Below, one piece after another: positions 37,226 to 47,311 of a DNA stretch of 55,607 nucleotides. The DNA is taken from the NCBI GenBank assembly GCA_944386855.1, contig CALXCR010000055.1:1-55607 (forward strand). The letters run 5' to 3'. The notes under the pieces are model-generated. The model saw nothing but the letters and a program-made list of their open reading frames with translations, was not told the DNA's origin and did no database searches. The position numbers and the translations under genes were made by a program. Numbering within the stretch: the stretch's first letter is position 1; each line of letters begins with the position of its first letter. The stretch comes from an uncultured Oscillospiraceae bacterium. Its GTDB lineage: Bacteria > Bacillota > Clostridia > Oscillospirales > Oscillospiraceae.

Positions 37226-38486
37226 TTAGAGACGGCTTCTTGTAAGTTCCATATTATAAACTTCTATTAGTTTGTTAATATGCATATCTATATTATATGC
37301 ATTCTTCTCAAAACATACTTTAGCTTGTTTTGACAAGGATTCCATATCAATTTCCTCACAAGTCGTAATTTTATTGATTAAGTCATCTAAGTCATTGTTT
37401 TTAAACGTAAACCCGTTCATATTATCCTTTATAAATTCCGATACCGAAGTACAATCAGAAACAATGCATGGCAATCCAATCGACATCGCTTCTAGTAAGG
37501 TTAATGGCCCGATTTCATGCCATCTTGAAGGAATAACAAGAGTCCTTGCGTTTAGCATATAGGATAAAACATCATCTGTTTGCTTCCAGCCTACAAAGTG
37601 AATCTGTGTATAACATTCTTTTAGTTTAGCAAGAACTGTTCCATCACCAACAACGACCGCTTCTATATTTGGATATATTTCTTTAACACTCATTATCGCT
37701 TTACAAAATAGGTCAACACCTTTTTCTTCAGAAATGCGTCCAACATACAAATAAGTATGACTTTTATTAATATTTTTTATTTGATCACCACTGGGAAATC
37801 CTACAGGATTTGGTACTCTATAAAACATTGTGCTTTTTACACCTTGCCTAATAAGATTTTCACTTAGTTGAGATACACTTATATAAGCAACATTTTTATT
37901 GTTTTTAATATTTTTGTCTTGCACAATTTGACGAACACTTCTCCACATTTTTTGGATATAATTCCTTTTGTCACAGTTACAAAAAACATCTAAATGACAT
38001 CCCGTTATACTTGCATATCCTATTTGTTTTATAATTATAAAATCCGCCATTTGGACAAACGGTAAAATAATCATGCAATGTAACAAGCGTTTTAAATCCA
38101 CATCTTGTACTTGTGCTGATTACACTTGAAGATAATGCTTTAGCCCAACCGTGTATATGTACAATCGTATCCTGAGAACTATATTGTCTTAGTATTTCTT
38201 TAAATGCTTTGGCAGCATATGAATTCCATATACATTCAACAGCTGCTCTGATCCGACTCCCGGAATTTATATCATTCCCCTCAAGGCATTTAACCTCAAC
38301 ATCACTATTTTTCAGCTCTTCGCATATAGGTCCAACTGCGGCAAAAAAACAAACGTGAAATTTTCGACTTAAGCCAATAGCACTTTGAATTGCAACTTTA
38401 GCCGCCCCTCCATTAACAAATGCATAATCATAGACTACTATTACATTTTTTACTTTATTAGATTCTAACGAGCTTATGGATTTCAT
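37226..38486 (-). pseudogene. Glycosyltransferase family 4 gene split by a frameshift at a homopolymer run
   Basis: - ORF 37977..38486 carries the N-domain (VVYDYAFVNGGAAKVA, HIHGWAKAL, TLHDYFTVCPNGG).
- ORF 37226..38101 carries the C-domain (LYVGRISEEKGVDL, EIGPLTLLEAMSIGLPCIVSD).
- The two overlap in different frames.
- Removing one T from the coding-strand T6 run (A6 at 37981..37986) joins ...MSFRCF to CNCDKRNY..., giving one ~419-aa protein. Confidence 0.75.
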
Positions 38487-38571
38487 GCCGCCACCTCGTT
38501 AGAAGAAGAAATCCATACCTCATGAAAGGGCTCGTATCCGTTGGCCCGTTCACACGCTGTTGCAGTGACCG

Positions 38572-39624
38572 CTATGTCAAGGTAGAGCCATCCCCCGATA
38601 TTTTAAGCAATTGATATAATTCTTTTGCGGATTTTTTCCAGCTATACTTCAATAATATTTCCTCCCTGCTTTTGGCCGATAAATCGATTAATTCCGGCAT
38701 TTCATACTTATTCGGATCAATATAAACCACACTGTCACCAAATATCTCGTGCATTACATCTTTGTCCGACACAACCACACATTTCGCTCCGGCGCTAATT
38801 GCCTCTAGCGGCGGAATTCCAAAACCTTCATAGAAAGTTGGAAACAGGAATGCTTTACAATCCCGCATAAGCGTTTTTGCCTCTTCGTCGCTGACATATC
38901 CAAGAAGTTTCATATTTGCCGGACACTCAAATCCAAGACCGTTTGCAAAGACTGTTCTATTTATCGAACCAGCCACAGTAAACATCTGATCAGGGTTACG
39001 TTTTGCAACCTCTGCTATCCACTTAAAATTTTTGTTGGGTTCGAGACTGCACATTGAGAAAAAATACTGATCCTTTTGCAATCCATATTTTTTTAATGCG
39101 TTCTCGTCATATTCAATCCGCTCATAGTGCTGCCATGCATTTGGAATCACACAAATTCTATCCGGATTAACATGATAGTACTTAACTATTTCAGATTTTG
39201 AAAATTCCGATACCGTAATAATCTTTTTTGCCCTTTTTGCAGCATTTTTGAATAAAATATTGTACCATAGCAGAAACTTCTTGCTAAAATATTGAGGTGT
39301 AGCCTTCACTTTTACATCATGAATACACACAATACCTTGTGAAGGTAATGGAGCAACATTACAAAGATTTAGCGAAACACCTCTATTCTTGAAAACATAC
39401 CATGGAAAAGAAATGTGTTCCCATAAACGATTATGGAGCTTTCCAACCTTAAAAACCTTTATATTTTGATATTTAGGTATATCCTTCACCTCTGGTGGGA
39501 CAGCCATTATGACGTCCCCCGGCTTTATAATCTGATCTAATTCAGAGATTATTTCTCTGGCGTATCTTTCGACTCCGGTAATACGATGAAGCAAAAATCT
39601 CCCATTGATAACTATTGTTTTCAT
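38572..39624 (-). CDS. Glycosyltransferase family 4 (mannosyltransferase-like)
   Basis: The ORF track gives 38572..39666. The ATG at 39624 follows GGAGGAGAA and gives MKTIVINGRFLLHRITGVERYAREI.... The GT4 motif is FPTFYEGFGIPPLEAISAGAKCVVS. Confidence 0.8.
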   Translation of the reverse strand: MKTIVINGRFLLHRITGVERYAREIISELDQIIKPGDVIMAVPPEVKDIPKYQNIKVFKVGKLHNRLWEHISFPWYVFKNRGVSLNLCNVAPLPSQGIVCIHDVKVKATPQYFSKKFLLWYNILFKNAAKRAKKIITVSEFSKSEIVKYYHVNPDRICVIPNAWQHYERIEYDENALKKYGLQKDQYFFSMCSLEPNKNFKWIAEVAKRNPDQMFTVAGSINRTVFANGLGFECPANMKLLGYVSDEEAKTLMRDCKAFLFPTFYEGFGIPPLEAISAGAKCVVVSDKDVMHEIFGDSVVYIDPNKYEMPELIDLSAKSREEILLKYSWKKSAKELYQLLKISGDGSTLT

Positions 39625-39652
39625 CGTTCTCCTCCATCGCAATTTATAAGTT

Positions 39653-40777
39653 TTATAGATCCACAATCAAATTTTTTACGTTCTCACAGAACTGAGTAGA
39701 CAAAAAATTTTCTTCTACCCTTTTCTTGCCGGCTTTTCCGTATTTTTCTCTTAATTCTGCATTCCCAGCAAGTATTTCCAGCGCTCTCGCATACTCCTCA
39801 ACATTACGATTCTCAACTTCAATACCAGTCTCGCCATCTATACAAACATAATTAACTCCAGATCCAGGAATAGTAAAAGTAACTGCTGGCTTTTCATAAT
39901 ACATACCTTCCGCAAGAGCTAAGCCAAACGCTTCATTTTTTGTAATTGAAGGAAAGCAGAAAATATCCGATGCCAAAATCAACGCTTTAAGTTCTGTGTC
40001 ATCAATACGTCCGGTAAATGTAATTTTTCCGTCTCCAGCCGCTGCTTTATGAAGCTCTTCCGTTAGTTCTCCCGTGCCGGTAATGTAAATTTTAAAATTA
40101 TCATTTAACAGTTTGCTTGCCTGTATCAGGTATTTAAATCCCTTGTATTCAGTATGCCTCCCAACAGCAACACAAATAGTTTTTTCGTCGTTTTCTGTCT
40201 TTATCGATTCAGCGCGTTTTATAATTTCCGGAGTAATCCGCATTCTTTCTACATTGATACAATTTGGAACAATTACACATTTGTCTCTGGCCGACTGAAG
40301 CCATTCACTTCCTTCTATGTAATTGGGGGAAGTGGCAATTATTTTATCTGCCCTTTTCAGCAGTGCTCTATTTTGCCCATTAAAAAATATTTTAAGAAAC
40401 TTTTGACGAATTATATCTAAATGCCAATATACAACAAGCTTAATATTATCATCTTTCAGTTCCTTTAGCAAAATTGCTGCTACGAAAGGATTGGGATAAT
40501 GGAAAATTATGATATCCGGCTTAAACTCTGACAGTAACTTCTTTAAAATTTTATCGTATGACATAGAGAGTGATTGCGAAGCGATTTTTACAAAACAGCC
40601 GCATTTATATACCTCAACCTCATCTATAGTCTCTATCAAGTCTCCCTTTTTATCATTAAAGGCAATAACTTTCTGCTCATAATCATCTTTTAACGCACAA
40701 ACACAGTCTCTGGCAATTTGCTCGGTGCCTCCGGAAAACGGATAATAATATTTCGATATATGCAGTATTCTTTTCAT
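39653..40777 (-). CDS. Glycosyltransferase family 4
   Basis: 374-aa ORF with RBS AGGAG. It has MKRILHISKYYYPFSGGTEQ at the N-terminus and the GT4 motif FPSITKNEAFGLALAEGMYYEKPAVT. Confidence 0.8.
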   Translation of the reverse strand: MKRILHISKYYYPFSGGTEQIARDCVCALKDDYEQKVIAFNDKKGDLIETIDEVEVYKCGCFVKIASQSLSMSYDKILKKLLSEFKPDIIIFHYPNPFVAAILLKELKDDNIKLVVYWHLDIIRQKFLKIFFNGQNRALLKRADKIIATSPNYIEGSEWLQSARDKCVIVPNCINVERMRITPEIIKRAESIKTENDEKTICVAVGRHTEYKGFKYLIQASKLLNDNFKIYITGTGELTEELHKAAAGDGKITFTGRIDDTELKALILASDIFCFPSITKNEAFGLALAEGMYYEKPAVTFTIPGSGVNYVCIDGETGIEVENRNVEEYARALEILAGNAELREKYGKAGKKRVEENFLSTQFCENVKNLIVDL

Positions 40778-40802
40778 ATACTATAATCTCCTATAGTTTC
40801 TC

Positions 40803-41768
40803 TTAGCATCTTACTTTTAATACCGTAGCATCTCCTATCAAAAGGCATCTTCCAAGCGAGGCCGGCAGGAACATTGTTTCTCCCTTTTGGAATCGCAACG
40901 GCTTTTGGGTTCTGCCCATCGCTTCGACTTGTCCGTAACCGTCCAGACACATGAGCACCTGGAATGAGTTTTCCAGCACCGAGAATGAAAAGCCCTTTGT
41001 GACCTGTATTTTCTCCACCTCAAAATACTGGCATCGGCAGAGTATTTCTCTCGAACAGCCGGGATAATACTTTACCATACGGTGTTTCTGCTTTACTTCC
41101 GGCGCAACACCCATATCCATTACCTGTACTGCTTTATCAAAATGCAGTTCACGCATCTGCCCGTTTTTATCGACACGGTTATAGTCATAAACACGGTATG
41201 TTACATTAGAGCTCTCCTGGATTTCAGCCAAAAGTATGCCCTCGCCTATTCCGTGCACCGTGCCCGCAGGGACAAAATAAGTATCACCCTTGCGCACTTT
41301 CACTTTTTGCAGATGTTTGTCGAGTGTCCCGGTTTCTACCGCTTCTTTTAAGATTTCCGGCGTAACTTTATGCCTGAAACCATAAATCAAACTTGCGTCA
41401 TCCTCGGCATCAATCACATACCACATTTCCGTCTTGCCGTTTTGATTCTCATGCGCTCGCGCATATTCGTCGTCGGGGTGTACTTGTACGGAAAGATCGC
41501 TTTTCGCGTCAATAAATTTAACAAGTATCGGGAGTTCTCCGCTTTTTGCTTTTGCCCCGAGATATTCGGGATGCTGTTTCAAGACATCGGCTAATGTTTT
41601 GCCCTTGAAACTGCCGTTTACAATACGGCTTGGCCCATCCGGATGAACCGAGCATTCCCACGTTTCCGCAAGCGGCGTCATATAGATTTTTTTCCCGTAC
41701 TCGTCTCTGAGGCGAGTGCCTCCCCAGAGATAATCTTTTCCGGCGGGCAGCAATTTCATAATTTCCAT
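40803..41768 (-). CDS. manA: Mannose-6-phosphate isomerase, class I
   Basis: 321-aa ORF with KDYLWGG, ETWECSVHPDG, LSVQVHPDD and VPAGTVHGIG, the zinc-ligand pattern of type I PMI. Confidence 0.85.
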   Translation of the reverse strand: MEIMKLLPAGKDYLWGGTRLRDEYGKKIYMTPLAETWECSVHPDGPSRIVNGSFKGKTLADVLKQHPEYLGAKAKSGELPILVKFIDAKSDLSVQVHPDDEYARAHENQNGKTEMWYVIDAEDDASLIYGFRHKVTPEILKEAVETGTLDKHLQKVKVRKGDTYFVPAGTVHGIGEGILLAEIQESSNVTYRVYDYNRVDKNGQMRELHFDKAVQVMDMGVAPEVKQKHRMVKYYPGCSREILCRCQYFEVEKIQVTKGFSFSVLENSFQVLMCLDGYGQVEAMGRTQKPLRFQKGETMFLPASLGRCLLIGDATVLKVRC

Positions 41769-41782
41769 TGTTGTTACCGCCT

Positions 41783-43096
41783 TTATTGCATCGGAAACTT
41801 TATCTTGTCGCTTGCGCTGATCTCATCCCCAAGTTGTACTTCTATTATACCAAGATCAGTAATGGCCTCAACAGTATGTTTGCAGCCTGCTGCGATCGTA
41901 ATAACATCTCCCGGCCTAAGCATTTGCTCCATCCCGTCAACCACGGCCTTGCCGTTGCCTGAAACGACCGTCCACACTTCTTCACGATAATTATGCATAT
42001 GATAACTCATGCTCTCTCCGGCTTTTATCAGGAGCTTTACTGTCATAGAACCATTCTGCACATCTATAACGGTATATGAACCCCAAGATTTTTCGGCAAA
42101 CATGGCCTCAGTTTCGATTTTTTCTACATACGGCTTCATATAGCCGCTACGCTCTTTGTCCGACACGAGGATGCCGTCTCCGCTGACCGCGATTATCATG
42201 TCTTTACAGCCCATACACAGCACGGGTATATTCAGCTCATTTACAACATTCGTGTTTTCACAGGTTTCGTCAAGTACAACGTCTCCCTTTGTTTTATCGG
42301 ACATGACCTCAGCCATCATGTTCCACGTGCCGACATCTTTCCAGTCTCCGCTGTAACGCAGCACCTGAATGCTCGGCTCTTTCTCAACGACGGCATAGTC
42401 AAAACTTATTTTCGTTAACATATCATATTTAGCAAACAGATCACGATAATCGTCAAAATCGATTAATTTATGCGCTTCTTCAAGCACATAGCCCAGCTTG
42501 AACGCAAATATCCCCGCATTCCACAGCGCACTCTGCTCAAGATATCTTTTTGCGGTTTCTATATCCGGTTTTTCCTTAAATTCCCTTACTTTACTGACGC
42601 TTTTTCCGGTTTCGGGGATTATATATCCATACTTTTCGCTTGGATAAGTCGGCTCTATGCCCATAAGTGTCAAGTTTGCATTTCCCTGTTCGGCAAGTCT
42701 TTGCAGATTCCCGACAGCCTCATAATATGTTATATCCACATACGGGTCGACAGGGCAAACTACAACGGCTTCGTCAGCACTGACTCCTAACTCGTCATGG
42801 AGATAGGCAGCAGCGAGGACAATGGCCGGAAAAGTATCGCGCCGGCACGGCTCTACGCATATGGAAGCTTTTTCTCCGAGCTGATTTTTTATAGCGCTCG
42901 CCTGTGATTTGCTTGTAGCGATCGTTATATTTGCATTTGCATCCACCGCGGTTATCTGACGGTAAACACGCTGCACCATTGACTCGTAATTACCCGCGTC
43001 ATCTTTAAACAGCTTGATAAACTGCTTGCTTCTTACGTCATTTGAAAGAGGCCAAAGGCGTTTTCCGCTCCCGCCTGAGAGTAAAATGATATTCAT
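41783..43096 (-). CDS. manC: Mannose-1-phosphate guanylyltransferase (nucleotidyltransferase plus C-terminal cupin)
   Basis: 437-aa ORF with MNIILLSGGSGKRLWPLSN at the N-terminus and a C-terminal cupin region (HMHNYREEVWTVVSGNG). Confidence 0.85.
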   Translation of the reverse strand: MNIILLSGGSGKRLWPLSNDVRSKQFIKLFKDDAGNYESMVQRVYRQITAVDANANITIATSKSQASAIKNQLGEKASICVEPCRRDTFPAIVLAAAYLHDELGVSADEAVVVCPVDPYVDITYYEAVGNLQRLAEQGNANLTLMGIEPTYPSEKYGYIIPETGKSVSKVREFKEKPDIETAKRYLEQSALWNAGIFAFKLGYVLEEAHKLIDFDDYRDLFAKYDMLTKISFDYAVVEKEPSIQVLRYSGDWKDVGTWNMMAEVMSDKTKGDVVLDETCENTNVVNELNIPVLCMGCKDMIIAVSGDGILVSDKERSGYMKPYVEKIETEAMFAEKSWGSYTVIDVQNGSMTVKLLIKAGESMSYHMHNYREEVWTVVSGNGKAVVDGMEQMLRPGDVITIAAGCKHTVEAITDLGIIEVQLGDEISASDKIKFPMQ

Positions 43097-43109
43097 ACGT
43101 CCTACCCTC

Positions 43110-44810
43110 CTATTCTAATCCCAACCTCGTTTGAATGGAATCTCGAATCTTTTTTAGATTTTCGTCAGCTGCGTCCTTATCTACGCCCTTTATGCTATAG
43201 TAAAACTTGATCTTTGGCTCTGTGCCTGAAGGCCGCACCGCAATCCAAGAACCGTCATCCAGAATATATTTCAAAACATCTGATGTCGGCAAAAAGCCGA
43301 ATCCCTGCTCTGCCTCGACCGGTATTGAATAATCGATTTTCTGCTTTGTATGTTCAAACAGCGATGCGGAGGATCGAAGCTCCGACATAATCTGCGCAAT
43401 TTTCTCAAGCCCGTCTTTACCGGCAAGTGTAAAGCTGTCAAGTGCGTCTCGATAGTAGCCGTATTCGGTATAAATCTCGTCCATTTTATCAAGCAGTGTT
43501 TTCCCTTTGGCTTTTAACTCAGCCGCCATTTCGCAAATCAACAGGCTTGAGACAACAGCGTCCTTGTCCCGTGCGTGTGTGCCGGCAAGATAACCGTATG
43601 ACTCCTCATATCCGAACAGGAAGTCAAAATCCTGCTCTTTATTGCTGTTTTGTTTGGCCTTTTCAAACTGCGTGATCTTCTCACCGATAAATTTAAATCC
43701 TGTAAGTGTTGAAAACACCTTAACTCCGTGTTTTGCGGCAATTTCTGCGCCGAGTTCCGACGTGACCACGGTTTTAACAACTGCCGGATTATGATACTTG
43801 CTCACGTCCGTATGTCCCAACACAAAATCCATAAGCAGAGCTCCGACTTGATTGCCTGTCATAAGCCGGTATTCGCCGTTATAAGCTCTTACGGCTATTC
43901 CGACACGGTCACAATCGGGATCAGTGCCCAAAACAATATCTGCGTCCGTTTCTTTTGCTCGTGCAATGCCCATTTCGAGCGCGCGGCGGTCTTCGGGGTT
44001 CGGAGATTGGACAGTGGGAAAACTACCGTCCGGGCACTCCTGTTCTACAACTATATCCAGTTGATTAAACCCGCCAAGCTTTAAAGCCTTCCGCACAGGG
44101 ATATTACCCGTGCCGTGAAGCGGTGTATATATGATTTTAAGCTCCGCCTTTGCCGCGTTATTTTCATAGCGGCTTTGTTTCATCACGGCGTCAACAAAAT
44201 CATCCGTCACGTCTACTATGGATACGAGTGCATCATTGCCGATAAAATTTATGGTATGATAATCTGCAATCGCGTCAACATATTCTATTACCCGATTCGC
44301 CTGCCGTGGAACGATCTGGCAGCCAAACTCATCGTACACCTTGTATCCATTATACTCCTTTGGATTGTGGCTTGCAGTTATAACAACACCGGCAAGAGTA
44401 TTCAAATGTCTTACCGAGAAAGAAAGCTGCGGTGTTGGGCGCGCATCAGCGTGCAAATAAACACGAATGCCCATACCGGACAAAACATTTGCCGCAGTAT
44501 GGGAAAAAACATCGCTATTCTTACGCGTGTCATAACCTATTACGACTCCGCGTTCTTTACAGGCCTCCGCTCCATATACATCCAGCAGATATTTACCGAG
44601 CCCGGCCGTCGCTTTACCAACAGTATATTTGTTCATTCGATTAGTGCCAGCGCCCATGACTCCGCGCAACCCACCTGTACCAAATTCAAGGTCACGGTAA
44701 AAGCGATCTTCAATTTCTTTTTCATCTGTCAGTGCCGCAAGCTCATTTCGGGTTGCGTCATCAAAAAAGCAATCATACAGCCATTGCTCGTATCTCTCTT
44801 TATAGTTCAT
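43110..44810 (-). CDS. Phospho-sugar mutase (phosphoglucomutase / phosphomannomutase, PgcA-like)
   Basis: 566-aa ORF with the active-site serine loop ITASHNPKEYNGYK, the metal loop GTDPDCDR and the sugar loop GYEESYGY. Confidence 0.88.
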   Translation of the reverse strand: MNYKERYEQWLYDCFFDDATRNELAALTDEKEIEDRFYRDLEFGTGGLRGVMGAGTNRMNKYTVGKATAGLGKYLLDVYGAEACKERGVVIGYDTRKNSDVFSHTAANVLSGMGIRVYLHADARPTPQLSFSVRHLNTLAGVVITASHNPKEYNGYKVYDEFGCQIVPRQANRVIEYVDAIADYHTINFIGNDALVSIVDVTDDFVDAVMKQSRYENNAAKAELKIIYTPLHGTGNIPVRKALKLGGFNQLDIVVEQECPDGSFPTVQSPNPEDRRALEMGIARAKETDADIVLGTDPDCDRVGIAVRAYNGEYRLMTGNQVGALLMDFVLGHTDVSKYHNPAVVKTVVTSELGAEIAAKHGVKVFSTLTGFKFIGEKITQFEKAKQNSNKEQDFDFLFGYEESYGYLAGTHARDKDAVVSSLLICEMAAELKAKGKTLLDKMDEIYTEYGYYRDALDSFTLAGKDGLEKIAQIMSELRSSASLFEHTKQKIDYSIPVEAEQGFGFLPTSDVLKYILDDGSWIAVRPSGTEPKIKFYYSIKGVDKDAADENLKKIRDSIQTRLGLE

Positions 44811-44851
44811 ATTTTCAACCTTTACACACAGTTATACTCCATAGCGTGACG

Positions 44852-46096
44852 CTAGTCTCTACGGAAAATATCCCTTGTATATACCTTGTCTTTCACGTCA
44901 TCAAGGCATGCGTCATAGCGGTTTGCAATTATCGCCCGGCTTTGCCGTTTGAATTCGCCTAAATCGTTAACGATCTTGCTTCCGAAAAATGTATCGCCGT
45001 CCTGCAAAGTCGGTTCATAAACGATCACGGTCGCGCCCTTAGATTTAATTCGCTTCATGACTCCCTGTATTGAGCTTTGACGGAAATTGTCAGAATTGCT
45101 TTTCATTGTAAGACGGTATACGCCAATTATTATCTTTTCTTCCTCGCTCCTGTCACCCTCATCATTGCCTTTACAGGAATTTGCAATTTCCAGCACTCGA
45201 TTTGCAATAAAGTCTTTACGGGTTCTGTTGCTTTCCACTATCGCTTCTATCAGATTTTCCGGCACATCGGCATAGTTGGCAAGAAGCTGTTTTGTATCTT
45301 TCGGCAGGCAGTACCCGCCATAACCAAACGATGGGTTATTGTAATGCGTTCCGATACGCGGGTCAAGACAAACACCCTCAATAATTTTCTGCGTATCGAG
45401 TCCCTTCATCTCCGCATATGTATCTAGCTCATTAAAATAACTCACTCTCAACGCCAAATATGTATTTGCAAAGAGCTTTACTGCTTCCGCTTCGGTAAAG
45501 CCCATATACAGTGTCTCGACATCCTTTTTGATCGCCGCCTCCTGCAGAAGTCCAGCAAAAATATGCGCCGTTTCCACAAGACGCTCGTCAGCCATATCTG
45601 TGCCGACAATTATCCTGCTCGGATACAGATTATCATACAAAGCCTTGCTTTCGCGCAGGAATTCCGGGCTGAAAATGATATTATCGGTCTTCTTTTCCTT
45701 GCGAATCTGTTCAGTATATCCGACAGGAATAGTCGATTTAATAACCATCACGGCATTTGGATTAACTTTCATAACAAGATCTATGACATCTTCCACGGCA
45801 GAAGTATCAAAGTGCTGTGTCTCTGAGTCATAATTTGTAGGCGCTGCGATAACAACGAAATCGGCATTCGAATAAGCGCTTGCGCCGTCGGTAGTCGCAA
45901 AAAGCTCCAACTCTTTTTCAGCAAGATATTTTTCTATATACTCGTCCTGGATCGGAGATTTTCTCTGATTTATCAAATCTACTTTTTCAGGGATAATATC
46001 CACAGCAGTCACTTTATGATGCTGTGCCAGCAATATTGCAATTGAGAGCCCCACATAACCTGTACCGGCAACCGCAATTGTATATTTTTTATCCAT
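44852..46096 (-). CDS. ugd: UDP-glucose 6-dehydrogenase
   Basis: 414-aa ORF with the N-terminal Rossmann motif [11 protein letters not shown] and the catalytic cysteine motif [10 protein letters not shown]. Confidence 0.9.
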   Translation of the reverse strand: MDKKYTIAVAGTGYVGLSIAILLAQHHKVTAVDIIPEKVDLINQRKSPIQDEYIEKYLAEKELELFATTDGASAYSNADFVVIAAPTNYDSETQHFDTSAVEDVIDLVMKVNPNAVMVIKSTIPVGYTEQIRKEKKTDNIIFSPEFLRESKALYDNLYPSRIIVGTDMADERLVETAHIFAGLLQEAAIKKDVETLYMGFTEAEAVKLFANTYLALRVSYFNELDTYAEMKGLDTQKIIEGVCLDPRIGTHYNNPSFGYGGYCLPKDTKQLLANYADVPENLIEAIVESNRTRKDFIANRVLEIANSCKGNDEGDRSEEEKIIIGVYRLTMKSNSDNFRQSSIQGVMKRIKSKGATVIVYEPTLQDGDTFFGSKIVNDLGEFKRQSRAIIANRYDACLDDVKDKVYTRDIFRRD

Positions 46097-46319
46097 AATG
46101 TGCTCCTCTTTTGTTCTGTATCAGACCCAGAACATTTTCGCAATACTAATATTTACTTGGGCAGTATTTATCTCATAACATTACTGCAATTTATAATCTA
46201 TACTCTCCCCATTTTTGCGTCAAGCTAATAATAACACAGCAAGAAGCCTGCCGCAAATCATCTTTGACAATCTACACTCAGGCTTCTATCATTGCGCCCT
46301 TTATGAATTTTTTCGCAGG

Positions 46320-47141
46320 TCAATCCGTATTTCCGCGGAGGACGGTGAGGACTGTCTTAAAAATCAGCTTCCAGTCCCCAAAATACGAACGTTCGTTTAT
46401 ATACTTAAGATCCATTGCTACCCAGTCGTCAAATGAGATCTCATGCCTGCCGGGGTATACCTGCCATATACAGGTGAGGCCCGGCTTGACGCTCAGACGC
46501 TGTTTTTCATAGCTATCGTACAATTCGACCTCTCGTGGCAGAGGAGGTCTGGGGCCAACGATACTCATGTCGCCCCTGATAATATTTATAAGCTGTGGAA
46601 GCTCGTCTATCGAGCAGTTTCTTATGATCTTGCCGACCTTCGTGATCCTCGGGTCGTCCTTGATCTTAAAGGCCTTACCGTTGAACTCGTTTTGGCGCAG
46701 AAGATCGTTAAGCTTCGCCTCAGCATCAACACACATTGACCGGAATTTCAGAAGATTGAATTCCTTCCCGTTTCGGCCCGTGCGTTTCTGCTTAAAAATC
46801 GGGCCTCCTTTTGGGTCTTCCAGCACTATGGCCAGCGCCGTAAGTAGCATTATCGGTGACAGCAATATTAAAGCCACAGTAGCGCATACTATATCTGTCG
46901 CCCTTTTTGCTATTGCATACACATGCTGCCTGACGCCGCTTTTTTTGATGCTCAAGGTATAGGGCCTGTAATACTCGGAAATGCCGAGATCCTTCCGCTG
47001 ACGTTCGCTCAGGTCGCCCGCCGCAAATTTTTCACGGTGTGAATCATCCTTATCTGTATTTTTCAGATATGCGTTCAGCTTCGGCAGACGCGCTGTGTTC
47101 CCGTAGAAATCAGTTTGATTAAAGCTCTGGCTTCTCTCCAA
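46320..47141 (-). CDS. Initiating (priming) undecaprenyl-phosphate sugar-1-phosphate transferase, WbaP/CpsE-type
   Basis: 273-aa ORF with a TTG start after AAAGGA. It has one hydrophobic helix, then the bacterial sugar transferase core KDDPRITKVGKIIRNCSIDELPQLINIIRGDMSIVGPRPPLPREV. It is the first gene of the operon. Confidence 0.85.
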   Translation of the reverse strand: MERSQSFNQTDFYGNTARLPKLNAYLKNTDKDDSHREKFAAGDLSERQRKDLGISEYYRPYTLSIKKSGVRQHVYAIAKRATDIVCATVALILLSPIMLLTALAIVLEDPKGGPIFKQKRTGRNGKEFNLLKFRSMCVDAEAKLNDLLRQNEFNGKAFKIKDDPRITKVGKIIRNCSIDELPQLINIIRGDMSIVGPRPPLPREVELYDSYEKQRLSVKPGLTCIWQVYPGRHEISFDDWVAMDLKYINERSYFGDWKLIFKTVLTVLRGNTD

Positions 47142-47282
47142 CTTTCTTCATCCTTTTAAAAATATTTTATAGTCATTAGTGCCCGTAAAAACAAACAAGC
47201 CCTGATACTTGTCTTATTTTCCGGCAAAGTCTGGCAAACCGGGATTTTCTATCTGATACTATCCCAGATATCAATAGACTTT

Positions 47283-47311
47283 ATTATAGCAGTGCTTTCT
47301 ACTTTTTTCAA
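47283..47311 (-). promoter_or_regulatory. Candidate promoter of the polysaccharide operon
   Basis: On the minus strand: TTGAAA (47306..47311), 17 nt, TATAAT (47283..47288). This leaves a ~135-nt leader that begins with a small hairpin (CTATTGATA..TATCAGATAG). Confidence 0.5.

Larger units (their letters stand above)
31210..40800. other. Sharply AT-rich block forming the variable part of the polysaccharide operon
   Basis: Spot counts on single 60-nt lines give about 22-28 percent G+C at 33421 and 36001. Comparable lines give about 53 percent in glgA (12001) and 47-52 percent in manA, the mutase and ugd (41101, 43201, 45001). The right edge falls between the GT start at 40777 and the manA stop at 40803. 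Confidence 0.7.
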
